From assembly GCA_944383895.1 (NCBI GenBank), contig CALWRH010000006.1:2158-66157 (forward strand): 64,000 nt of DNA, in the 5' to 3' direction. This DNA comes from an uncultured Christensenellaceae bacterium. GTDB lineage: Bacteria; Bacillota; Clostridia; Christensenellales; UBA3700. Numbering within the stretch: position 1 is the stretch's first letter; each line of letters begins with the position of its first letter. The notes beneath the pieces were generated by a model. The model did no database searches and was not told the DNA's origin. It saw only the letters and a list, made by a program, of their open reading frames with translations. This document shows, in pieces, positions 36,251 to 44,817 of the stretch. Made by a program: the position numbers and the translations under genes.

Positions 36251-36532
36251 TTACTTGCGGACTATCATAAGTCTGACGATCTCGTCGACGATACGGCCAA
36301 GACGCGTGATTTCCGCAGGAACGCTCGCGGGAGCGTTGAACGTAGTCAGGACGTAGTAGCCTTCGTTCTTGAAGTTGATCGGATAAGCAAACTTACGGGT
36401 GCCCCACTTGTCAAGGCTGACGATCTCGCCGCCTGCGCTCGTAACAACCGCTTCGATCCTGTCGATAACTGCCTGCTTACCTTCTTCAGTAACGTCGTTG
36501 TCGATAATGTACAAAAGCTCGTACTTGTTCAT
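36251..36532 (-). CDS. rpsF: 30S ribosomal protein S6
   Basis: Start taken at MNKYELLYIIDNDV (ATG 36532) behind an AGGAGG SD. The track ORF starts 33 nt earlier with no SD. Confidence 0.9.
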   Translation of the reverse strand: MNKYELLYIIDNDVTEEGKQAVIDRIEAVVTSAGGEIVSLDKWGTRKFAYPINFKNEGYYVLTTFNAPASVPAEITRLGRIVDEIVRLMIVRK

Positions 36533-36557
36533 AGAAAACCTCCTTTTGGTCTGATGT

Positions 36558-36575
36558 CTTCCCACTCACGGGAAG
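36558..36575 (-). promoter_or_regulatory. Possible rpsF 5' leader hairpin
   Basis: Minus strand: CTTCCC-gtgagt-GGGAAG hairpin between the promoter and the SD of rpsF. A conserved S6:S18-binding leader has been reported for this operon in Firmicutes; I cannot verify the consensus here. Confidence 0.3.
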
Positions 36576-36612
36576 CAAGGATTTTGAAAAATAATATTCA
36601 AAATGCTTATAT

Positions 36613-36641
36613 AATATAGCACACGAAAATTTTTATGTAAA
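36613..36641 (-). promoter_or_regulatory. Sigma-A type promoter TTTACA-17-TGcTATATT for rpsF-ssb-rpsR
   Basis: Minus strand: -35 TTTACA (36641..36636), 17-nt spacer ending TGc, -10 TATATT (36618..36613). Confidence 0.5.
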
Positions 36642-36658
36642 GTTTTTTGACCCGAAAT

Positions 36659-37318
36659 TCAAATTTTTTTATCAGTGTCGTCGGTTTCGCACGCGTTATC
36701 GACGCTCTTTTTAAGTTCTTTTTTCATATCCGCTCTGCTTTCTTCTTTAGTTTTTTCAGGCAGAGGGCACATTTTTGCTCGCCTTGCGGCAGGCAGCAAC
36801 ACTTTTGTTATCGGCACGAACAAAAGCGGAAAAACGACGAGATTGCATGTTATCTGCACAATGTAAAACACCCATCCCTGAGCGTATATAATACCGAAAC
36901 GGTACCAGAATCTGTCGAAAAAACCTGTCAAAAGCCCGGTATCGATAAGCGACGTCAGCACCCCGAAAAGCGTAGTCATGACAGCCGCGACAAGCGTAAT
37001 TATCCACCTGTTTTTTACGTTCAGCCTCGCAAGCAGCATAAATACGAGCGCGACGCAAGGCCAATGGATAAAATATGATAATACCCACGGCCCTACGCCG
37101 AATATCGCAGTTTCTATCGCGCAGAAAACTATCGCGGCGACTACTCCTCCCGCACCGAGGCAATAGCCGTACACCGCAGAGAGGAGCGTAACCCCCTCTA
37201 CGTTGGGTACGGCGTTCAGCGCAAACTTGACCGCCTCTATCGTAGCGCTAGCAAGCGCGGTCAACGCGATCTGTCTGGACGCAAGTCTAGTCTTTTTAAG
37301 AAATCTCTGTCTTTCCAC
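36659..37318 (-). CDS. Polytopic membrane protein, possible ECF-transporter S component (corrinoid-related by context)
   Basis: 219 aa with about 6 hydrophobic helices and a charged C-terminal tail. It is co-directional with, and 40 nt after, the riboswitch-controlled lipoprotein gene. Confidence 0.5.
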   Translation of the reverse strand: MERQRFLKKTRLASRQIALTALASATIEAVKFALNAVPNVEGVTLLSAVYGYCLGAGGVVAAIVFCAIETAIFGVGPWVLSYFIHWPCVALVFMLLARLNVKNRWIITLVAAVMTTLFGVLTSLIDTGLLTGFFDRFWYRFGIIYAQGWVFYIVQITCNLVVFPLLFVPITKVLLPAARRAKMCPLPEKTKEESRADMKKELKKSVDNACETDDTDKKI

Positions 37319-37357
37319 TTCTATTTACGGATAAACGGCTTTGACCGCTGCCCGTCA

Positions 37358-37840
37358 TCAATACGAACCGACTCTGATAAGGATAATGCAGTCCTTTTCT
37401 ACACTCATCCCTGTGATTCCGAAACGCGAAGTAGTAAGGCTGGTTCCTTTATAATCTATTGTAACGGCATACGCGTCAACGCCCTTGTCTTTTTCGACAG
37501 ACGTAAAGACCTGTACGAATTCGTTGGCCTCGGTAGGCTGTACGCATCCGATAGAATTGATATATTTGCCGTAAGAGCTCTCTTCCCAGGTTATGCTGAC
37601 ACCGTGATTGCCGACGAGCTGCATGACTGCTGCCTCACCGTTGAGCTGCCCGTCAAGCAACGAGATGTCTACGGTATATTCCTGAGCCTCTCCCTGTTTG
37701 GGTACGAGCACAACTTTGAAAGTGCCTTCGGTATCAGTATTCTGATTCTCTTTTTCAGTTGTGCATGCCGCAAAAGCGAATACGAGCGAGAGCACGAGCG
37801 CGAACGTAAGCACGATCGCTAAAAGTCTTTTTTTGTTCAT
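37358..37840 (-). CDS. Lipoprotein, DUF4430-like (putative corrinoid-binding)
   Basis: Start taken at MNKKRLLAIVLTFALVLSLVFAFAAC (ATG 37840, AAGGAG SD, lipobox FAAC). The mature domain of about 135 aa has a SSYGKYINSIG ... CIILIRV pattern resembling DUF4430. It is the first gene after a cobalamin riboswitch. Confidence 0.6.
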   Translation of the reverse strand: MNKKRLLAIVLTFALVLSLVFAFAACTTEKENQNTDTEGTFKVVLVPKQGEAQEYTVDISLLDGQLNGEAAVMQLVGNHGVSITWEESSYGKYINSIGCVQPTEANEFVQVFTSVEKDKGVDAYAVTIDYKGTSLTTSRFGITGMSVEKDCIILIRVGSY

Positions 37841-38007
37841 AAAATACTCCTTTTCCGCATCCGTAGTCCTGTCTTCAGGCTTTAGGGTGCGGCAAATTTT
37901 ATTGCCGTTAATACGTCTTTCAAACGTTTTTTCTGCGAGGCAATACAATTGCAACACGCGCCGCTTGCCAGAGCGTCAGAAAGACTTGTATTCAGGAAAA
38001 TCGGAGA

Positions 38008-38310
38008 AACAAAAGAAAAGCCGCTTTACAGGCGGCGGAAAACAAAGCAAGCTAAGGTACGAACGCACCGAACCTTTCAAGCCCGTGAATCTCCCTCCGA
38101 AATTCCGCTTTTTCACTCTGTCGGCAGGTCTCCTGACTTGCGGCAAGATATTGCGCCTTCCCTGTTTCAAGTGGCATAATGCAAAACCTTGGCGCCGCTT
38201 ACAGTAGCGGGGGCTGTACGGGTCTTTCACCCGTTTCCCTTTTAATGCCCGCGAGGGGCAACCTGGCAGAGCCTGTGCCCGCGTCGATGCTTGATAGCAC
38301 GATGCGGTAT
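38008..38310 (-). promoter_or_regulatory. Cobalamin (B12) riboswitch with terminator expression platform
   Basis: Minus strand reads ...GGTTGCCCCtcgcgGGGCATTAAAAGGGAAacgGGTGAAAgaCCCgtACAGCCCCCGCTACTGTAAgcgg..., then the B12 box AGTCAGGAGACCTGCC (38138..38123), then GCCGC-ctgtaaa-GCGGC plus TTTTCTTTTGTTT (about 38038..38008). Confidence 0.85.
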
Positions 38311-38333
38311 GATACGCAACTGCGTCTATACGC

Positions 38334-38362
38334 ATTATAGCAGTAAGGGCTGTATTTTACAA
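38334..38362 (-). promoter_or_regulatory. Sigma-A type promoter TTGTAA-17-TATAAT driving the riboswitch
   Basis: Minus strand: -35 TTGTAA (38362..38357), 17-nt spacer, -10 TATAAT (38339..38334). Confidence 0.45.
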
Positions 38363-38426
38363 GCAAAAAGGCGGGGTTTATGCCTCACCTTTAAGTTTTA
38401 TCCTTTTTTGATCTGCTTTATCCCGT

Positions 38427-39962
38427 TTATCTTTCGATAAGAGATTTTCCCGTCATTTCTTTGGGGATCTCTACGCCCATAACGTCAAGCATGGTGGGAG
38501 CTATATCGCACAGCTTGCCGCCGTCCTTGAGACCCTTTACGCCGTCTGCGCCGATGACGAGGAACGGAACGGGATTGGTCGTATGCGCGGTGAACGGAGT
38601 TCCGTCCGCCTCGAACATATAGTCCGCATTGCCGTGGTCTGCGGTGAGCAGTGCCTGACCGCCGACGGAAAGTATCGCGTCGATGACTTTCTTCACGCAC
38701 TCGTCCACGACCTTTACTGCTTTTTCAGCCGCTGCCATTACACCCGTATGACCTACCATGTCGCAGTTGGCGAAGTTGAGGATCATGACCTCGTACTTGC
38801 CGCTCTTTATCTCTTCTACCGCTCTGTCGCATACTTCGTAAGCGCTCATCTCGGGTTTCATATCGAAAGTCGCTATCTTCGGGGAGTCGATAAGGATTCT
38901 GTCCTCGCCCGGGTTAGCCGCCTCTACGCCGCCGTTGAAGAAGAAAGTGACGTGAGCGTATTTCTGAGTTTCAGCTATTCTGAACTGCTTGATACCCTTT
39001 TTGGAAAGATATTCGCCGAGCGTATTGACGTAGACCTCGGGTCTGAACGCAACGTCGAGGAAATCGTTGAACTTGACGTCGTACTGCGTAAACGAAACGT
39101 ATACGGGAGCGAGGAATCCCTTCTTTCTCGGGAAAGACGGGAAATCGGGCATGATGAACGCTCTCGATATCTGTCTTGCTCTGTCGGGTCTGAAGTTGAA
39201 GAAAATAACGCTGTCGCCTTTGTCTACCGTAGCGACGGGCTTGCCGTTTTCGCTTATGACTACGGGCACTACGAATTCGTCGGTAACGCCGTTTGCATAG
39301 CTGTTTTCCATAGCCTTGACGGGGTCTGTCTCAACGACGCCTTCGCCGTCGACGAGCGCGGAATAAGCCTTTTCAACTCTGTCCCAGATGTTATCTCTGT
39401 CCATAGCGTAAAATCTTCCGCTTATCGTAGCTATCTTGCCGAACTTCTCTTTTGCGATAAAGTCGGAAAGCTCTTTGATAAAGCCCTCGCCGCTCTTGGG
39501 CGGAACGTCTCTGCCGTCCATAAAGCAGTGGATATAGACCTGTTCGAGTCCGCGCTGTTTAGCCATTTTGATAAGCGCGAACAGGTGATTGATGTTGCTG
39601 TGTACGCCGCCGTCGGAAAGAAGTCCCATGACGTGCAGTTTCTTGCCGTTGTTTTTAGCCGAATCCATAGCGTTTACGAGCGCGGGATTCTCAAAGAAAT
39701 CGCCGTCTTCGATTGACTTGGTTATTCTGGTAAGTTCCTGATAAATGATCCTGCCTGCGCCGATATTGAGGTGACCTACCTCGCTGTTGCCCATCTGACC
39801 TTCGGGCAGACCTACCGCGAGACCGCTCGCGTTGAGCTGAGTAAACGGATATTTTTTCTCCATTTCGAGCACGTTGGGAGACGTCTCGGGAGATATGGCG
39901 TTGTTGGCTCCGAACTTGTTGATGCCGTAGCCGTCCATGATTATAAGACCGGTAAATTTCAT
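38427..39962 (-). CDS. gpmI: 2,3-bisphosphoglycerate-independent phosphoglycerate mutase
   Basis: Start at MKFTGLIIMDGYGIN (ATG 39962, AGAGG SD). NSEVGHLNIGAGRIIYQ and TADHGNA motifs. 511 aa. Confidence 0.93.
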   Translation of the reverse strand: MKFTGLIIMDGYGINKFGANNAISPETSPNVLEMEKKYPFTQLNASGLAVGLPEGQMGNSEVGHLNIGAGRIIYQELTRITKSIEDGDFFENPALVNAMDSAKNNGKKLHVMGLLSDGGVHSNINHLFALIKMAKQRGLEQVYIHCFMDGRDVPPKSGEGFIKELSDFIAKEKFGKIATISGRFYAMDRDNIWDRVEKAYSALVDGEGVVETDPVKAMENSYANGVTDEFVVPVVISENGKPVATVDKGDSVIFFNFRPDRARQISRAFIMPDFPSFPRKKGFLAPVYVSFTQYDVKFNDFLDVAFRPEVYVNTLGEYLSKKGIKQFRIAETQKYAHVTFFFNGGVEAANPGEDRILIDSPKIATFDMKPEMSAYEVCDRAVEEIKSGKYEVMILNFANCDMVGHTGVMAAAEKAVKVVDECVKKVIDAILSVGGQALLTADHGNADYMFEADGTPFTAHTTNPVPFLVIGADGVKGLKDGGKLCDIAPTMLDVMGVEIPKEMTGKSLIER

Positions 39963-40078
39963 ATATATACCTCTTTTGCCCTTGCGGGCGCAAATTTTTT
40001 TCCGCTGACATTGTACCACAACGCGTTTTTTTAGTCAACGCTTTGCGCGGCGTGTGCGCGACGAGTGCATATGCGATA

Positions 40079-42466
40079 TTATTTATCGAATACTCCGCTG
40101 CCCATGCTCACCACGCTCGCAGGTATCTCCACCTCTCCGAGCATTCCGCAATACGCAAAAGCATAGCTGCCTATCTCCGCAAGCCCTTCTTTGAGATATA
40201 CCTCCGTAAGAGAATCGCAGTGGATAAAAGCGTTTTCTCCTATCCTCAAAAGCGAGGACGGAAGATCAGCTTTAAGCAAAGCTCCGCAATACGAAAAAGC
40301 TCCCGTTTCTATATCCTCGAGCCTTTCTCCGAAGTCTGCTTCTTCAAGCGCAACGCAATTATAAAATGCAAGAATACCTACACGGACAGCAGAAATCTTT
40401 ACGCTTTCGAGATCCTTCGCACCCGCAAAAGCATACGGGGATATGTCTGCGCCGTCAGCCGCCGTATACGCCTTATCCGCCTTGCCCGCGGGATATGCGA
40501 CGAGAGTGCTCTTGTCCGACGTGTACAGCACTCCGTCTTCGGACACATACGCGCCGCCCTGCTCCGCGTTTATCGCGGTAAGCGTAGCGCACTGAGAAAA
40601 CGCTCCGTCGCCTATAACGGTTACCGTAGCGGGCAGATTTATCTCACCTTGCAGAGCAAGACCCGCAAAAGCGAGCGAGCCTATGCTGTCGCATACGCCG
40701 CCCTGTTCGAATACGAGCGACGTTATGCCGATATTTCCCGTAAGCGAATATAGCAGATAATCGGGCACGATTTGCACCTCTTTGCCTACCGTGAAAACTG
40801 CGTCTTTTCCCGCTCCCTCGAACGCGGAAGACAGTATCCCTTGCGAAACCGCGCTTTCCGCTCTGTATATTATCTCTCTGAGCTCTTTGCAATCCTCGAA
40901 CGCGCCTTTGGTTATCGTTCTGACGCTGTCGGGAATAACGATACTCTCTATTGCCGTAGCCGCAAAAGCGTGCGCGCCTATCGTCAAAAGAGCGCTCTCC
41001 TCTCCGAAGTTCAACGCTTTGAGCAGCGGAGCACCCGCGCCTCTCGCGTCCGCAAGTCTTGCTGGTATGCTCTCGACAGCACTGCCTATATTCATGACAA
41101 AGCCCTGTTCACCGCCCGTACCTTCGAATATAGAGTTGCCTTCGATAGGAGCCTCGGCATTTACCGCATTGTAATTTACGACGCTTGCTGCCGTACAGCC
41201 TCTGAACGCGCCGTTGCCTATGAGTCTGACCCCCGTCGGTACAGTTATCTCTTTAAGCGAAACGCAATTCTCAAGCGCGCCTGCGCCTATCTCCTCAAGA
41301 CTTTCGGGCAAATATATCTCTGTCATAAACGCGCATCCTGAGAACGCTCCATCTCCTATCCTGACCACTCCTTCGGGCACGCTTACCGACGTATAATTCT
41401 TACCTGCGAGCGCACCTAAAGATATTTGCTCGATGCCGACAGGCAACTCAAGCTCTCCTTCGTCCGCACCTAAGCAGACGATAAGTTCTTTTCCGCTGAC
41501 GTCGGTAACGGCAAGTCCGTTAGAAGAAAAATATTCGTTGCCGTCCGCAAAACTCACGCTCTCGAGAAGAGGCAAGTCGTCAAACGCCTCCCACTCTATC
41601 TCCTGACAATATTTGCCCAACGTCACTGTTTTTATATGAGGAACGCGGGCAAACGCACCCGCTTTTACTCCGCTTATCGCATAATTTCCCCATGCAGACG
41701 GCATAACGAAATAATCGAGCGGATAATCCTGAGAAATCACGTCGAGATACAGCTTGCCGCCGCTTATAAGCAGCGTCGTATATCCGAGCGCAAACATACC
41801 TTTATGTTCATCGTCCGCAGCCTGCCAACACAGATTTACCGTTTCGTCTTTGACGACGTTCATATAATTGCCGTCGACTTCGAGCGCGTAAAGTTCGTTG
41901 CCGTCGACGTAAAACGCGTCGAGAGGCAGTTTCGCGCTGCCGCCCTCTTCGACTTGTTGTACGCTCAGCGTTTCTCCGTCCATTACGAAAGTGACCTTAT
42001 AGGTCTTTACCTCGGGATCTTCGGGTTCTCCATCTCCGTCGCCCGTTTCGCCGCCTTCGCCCGGGTCTTCTCCTCCCGTTTCGCCGTCGGGATCGTTGCC
42101 GTCACTGCCCTCGGAAGGATCTTCCGTCTTGTTCCACGCCGCGTAAAGCGACACGTCCGTCTTGTCGTCAGAATTAAGAAAATCTTCTAAAACGAAAGGA
42201 TAAATCAGCTCTTCGTCGTAAAACCAGCCGACGAAAGAATATACGTCTTTGACGGGTTCTTCAGGCATCGCAAGCGTATTTCCGCTGCAAAGAGATATGC
42301 CGTACAGACTGCCGTCGACGTAAAAACTCACCTTTACGGCCTGTTCCTCTCCGCCGCCGTCGGGTATCTGATCTTTCGAGATATCTGCTTTTTCGCACGC
42401 GCAAAGACTCGCCGCAAAGACAGCGACGAGCAAAACCGCTATAAGCAAAAAAGTCTTTCTCTTCAT
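40079..42466 (-). CDS. Surface lipoprotein with Listeria/Bacteroides-type repeats and BspA-type LRRs
   Basis: 795 aa with lipobox SLCAC. It has VSFYVDGSLYG...YSFVGWFYDEEL and YKVTFVMDGETL repeat domains and a Gly/Glu/Asp-rich linker, then many LRR_5-like units (e.g. IGAGALENCVSLKEITVPTGVRLIGNGAFRGC). Confidence 0.85.
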   Translation of the reverse strand: MKRKTFLLIAVLLVAVFAASLCACEKADISKDQIPDGGGEEQAVKVSFYVDGSLYGISLCSGNTLAMPEEPVKDVYSFVGWFYDEELIYPFVLEDFLNSDDKTDVSLYAAWNKTEDPSEGSDGNDPDGETGGEDPGEGGETGDGDGEPEDPEVKTYKVTFVMDGETLSVQQVEEGGSAKLPLDAFYVDGNELYALEVDGNYMNVVKDETVNLCWQAADDEHKGMFALGYTTLLISGGKLYLDVISQDYPLDYFVMPSAWGNYAISGVKAGAFARVPHIKTVTLGKYCQEIEWEAFDDLPLLESVSFADGNEYFSSNGLAVTDVSGKELIVCLGADEGELELPVGIEQISLGALAGKNYTSVSVPEGVVRIGDGAFSGCAFMTEIYLPESLEEIGAGALENCVSLKEITVPTGVRLIGNGAFRGCTAASVVNYNAVNAEAPIEGNSIFEGTGGEQGFVMNIGSAVESIPARLADARGAGAPLLKALNFGEESALLTIGAHAFAATAIESIVIPDSVRTITKGAFEDCKELREIIYRAESAVSQGILSSAFEGAGKDAVFTVGKEVQIVPDYLLYSLTGNIGITSLVFEQGGVCDSIGSLAFAGLALQGEINLPATVTVIGDGAFSQCATLTAINAEQGGAYVSEDGVLYTSDKSTLVAYPAGKADKAYTAADGADISPYAFAGAKDLESVKISAVRVGILAFYNCVALEEADFGERLEDIETGAFSYCGALLKADLPSSLLRIGENAFIHCDSLTEVYLKEGLAEIGSYAFAYCGMLGEVEIPASVVSMGSGVFDK

Positions 42467-42485
42467 ATCTTTCTCCCGACCCCCG

Positions 42486-43460
42486 TTATCTCTGTCCTTC
42501 CCTTGTCTTCTGTCCGAGAGCAGGCACAGAGAGAACAGCTGACTCCTTTACGATCTCTTTGAGTTCTGCGACGTTTCTCGCTTTGAATACGTCAAGCTTG
42601 AGCTGCTTGCCGCCTCTCAGACCCTTGCAGTAGCAGGCTATCTGCTTTTTCATATTGTTTACGACGTATATGTCCGAGTGGAAAGACGCAAGCACGTCGA
42701 TATGTTTCAAAGCAATGTCCTGCACGGTTGCGTAAGGACAGGGCGTACCCGTTATCTCTGAAAATATCTGCGGATGCCCCAGCGCACCTCTCGCTATCAT
42801 TACCCCCGCCGCGCCCGTATGCGCTTTTATCTTTATGTAATCCTCTTTTGAGAATACGTCGCCGTTGGCAATGACGGGAATATCCACTGCTTGCACCACC
42901 TCTGCTATATAATCCCAATCGGCAGTGCCTTCGTAAAACTGCTCTCTCGTCCTGCCGTGCACGGTGACCGCTGCCGCTCCCGCATCCTGCATATACCGCG
43001 CGAAATCCACACCCGTGCGTGAGTTTTTCTCAAATCCTATCCTGAATTTTACGGTAACGGGTTTGCCCGATCTTCTCACCGCCCTTACTATATCCGATGC
43101 AAGCGACGGATTTTTAAGGAGCGCGCTGCCCTCGTTGTTGGACACGATCTTCTTTACGGGACAGCCCATGTTGATGTCAACTATGTCGAATTTCCCGAGC
43201 TCTCTGCTCTCCGCCGCGCGGGCGAGTATTTCGGGATCGCTGCCGAACAGCTGAACTGCCCTTACCTTTTCGTACTCTGTGGTATGCAGCAGGTCTTCGG
43301 TATGCTCGTTGCCGTACATAAGTCCCTTTGCCGACACCATTTCGGTATAAGTCAGCCCTGCGCCGAGCTCCGCGCAAAGCGCGCGCAATCCGACTTCGCT
43401 GAATCCTGCTATCGGAGCGAACACCGCGTCGCTCTTCAATTCAAGCTCGTCAATCTTCAT
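42486..43460 (-). CDS. dusB: tRNA-dihydrouridine synthase
   Basis: 324 aa. FAPIAGFSEVGLRALCAELGAGLTYTEMVSAKGL and DINMGCPVKKIV motifs. Confidence 0.9.
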   Translation of the reverse strand: MKIDELELKSDAVFAPIAGFSEVGLRALCAELGAGLTYTEMVSAKGLMYGNEHTEDLLHTTEYEKVRAVQLFGSDPEILARAAESRELGKFDIVDINMGCPVKKIVSNNEGSALLKNPSLASDIVRAVRRSGKPVTVKFRIGFEKNSRTGVDFARYMQDAGAAAVTVHGRTREQFYEGTADWDYIAEVVQAVDIPVIANGDVFSKEDYIKIKAHTGAAGVMIARGALGHPQIFSEITGTPCPYATVQDIALKHIDVLASFHSDIYVVNNMKKQIACYCKGLRGGKQLKLDVFKARNVAELKEIVKESAVLSVPALGQKTREGQR

Positions 43461-44817
43461 TTTTAGCCTTTTCCCAGAGTTCGTCGAGTTCCTCTGCCGA
43501 GCACTCGTTCATAGGTTTTGTGCAATGACTCTCCACATAAGAAAATCTCTTAGAGAACTTCTCCACCGCTCCGACAAGCGCGACTTCGGGCTCAACTTTT
43601 AAGGCTCGCAGCACGTTAACTGCCGCGAACAGAACGTCGCCGCCCTCGTTTTCTCTCTCGTTTTCAGGTGCGGAAAGCAGTTCCTGTATCTCTTCTTTCA
43701 GCTTTTCCGCCGCGCTCTGAACGCTGTCGAAGTCCATGCCCGCCTTCGCCGCCGTTTTCTGTATCTTGTACGCTCTCATAAGTGCGGGCAGACTGCGGCT
43801 CGTCTTGTCTATCTTGTCCGAATAAGAGGTATAGTGCTTTTCTTTGCTCTTTGCGCGGTCCCATGCCGCAAGCCCTTCTTCTGCCGTCTTTGCGACTACG
43901 TCCCCGAAGACGTGCTCGTGTCTGCTTATAAGCTTGGTGCACAGCGCGGTAGCGACATCTCTCGCGTTGTATTCTCCGCAATCTTCTCCTATAACGCAAT
44001 GGAAAACAGCCTGCAAAAGCACGTCGCCCGTTTCTTCTATCATATTGTCTATGTCTTTATTGTTGATCGCGTCGACGAGCTCGTATGCCTCTTCTATCAG
44101 ATTGGAGCGTATGCTCTCGTGCGTCTGCGCTCTGTCCCACGGACAGCCGTTTTCTCCGCGCAGTCTGTACAAAAGCTCTATAACGTCGTCGAAATTGAAT
44201 CTCTTTTTATCGAGAAAATCTCTTGCAGGGATATAAACGGTAGTTGAATAATCGAACTTTTTTGAAAAATCTATCTCCGAAACTCTGACTTTTTTGCCCG
44301 AAACGGATACCTCCGTATCTTCTCCGACCATGTCGATGAGCACGAGCTTGACCTCGGATGCTATGTACTTGTCGTCAACGTCTGTTATGACGAGCGGCAG
44401 TCTGCCGTCGTAATCGAAATTACGGCATGAAACGAGATCGTAGGCACTGAGATATACCGCACCCGTAGTATATCCCGCCGCCGTGACTGCGCGCGATACG
44501 GACGGATATATCTTTATGTCGGTGCGCGATGCGAGCTTGGCGACCGACGCGTCGTCGTAACCGCTGCCGTTGACGCAATAACATACCTTGCCTTTCTGCG
44601 CAAGCAATCTTTCTACGATCTTTTCGTCGAGGTCGTCAAAGTTCTCGCTGCTGTCGTATATGTCGTCCATCGTACAGACTTCTTTACCCTCGAAAAAAGA
44701 AAAGGTGTCTGTTTTTGCGGTTTTGACGAAAACTTTCTTTGCCTTTTCGACCGCGTTTACACCCTCTAAAGTTATCTGCCCTTTACGGCAGCCGAGTCCG
44801 ACCACTTCAATCATCAC
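43450..44817 (-). CDS. yabN: YabN-type fusion: tetrapyrrole-methylase-like N-domain plus MazG nucleoside-triphosphate pyrophosphohydrolase
   Basis: 455 aa. The C-terminal half has LYRLRGENGCPWDRAQTHESIRSNLIEEAYELVDAI and a second MazG repeat. It follows the spoVT and flippase genes, as in Bacillus. Confidence 0.85.
   Translation of the reverse strand: MMIEVVGLGCRKGQITLEGVNAVEKAKKVFVKTAKTDTFSFFEGKEVCTMDDIYDSSENFDDLDEKIVERLLAQKGKVCYCVNGSGYDDASVAKLASRTDIKIYPSVSRAVTAAGYTTGAVYLSAYDLVSCRNFDYDGRLPLVITDVDDKYIASEVKLVLIDMVGEDTEVSVSGKKVRVSEIDFSKKFDYSTTVYIPARDFLDKKRFNFDDVIELLYRLRGENGCPWDRAQTHESIRSNLIEEAYELVDAINNKDIDNMIEETGDVLLQAVFHCVIGEDCGEYNARDVATALCTKLISRHEHVFGDVVAKTAEEGLAAWDRAKSKEKHYTSYSDKIDKTSRSLPALMRAYKIQKTAAKAGMDFDSVQSAAEKLKEEIQELLSAPENERENEGGDVLFAAVNVLRALKVEPEVALVGAVEKFSKRFSYVESHCTKPMNECSAEELDELWEKAKNED

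Noticed and set aside
37976-38335. 119-aa minus-strand ORF and the plus-strand ORFs 37761..38207 and 37949..38179
   Set aside because: They overlap the cobalamin riboswitch and its expression platform. The RNA structure explains the sequence conservation better than coding does.
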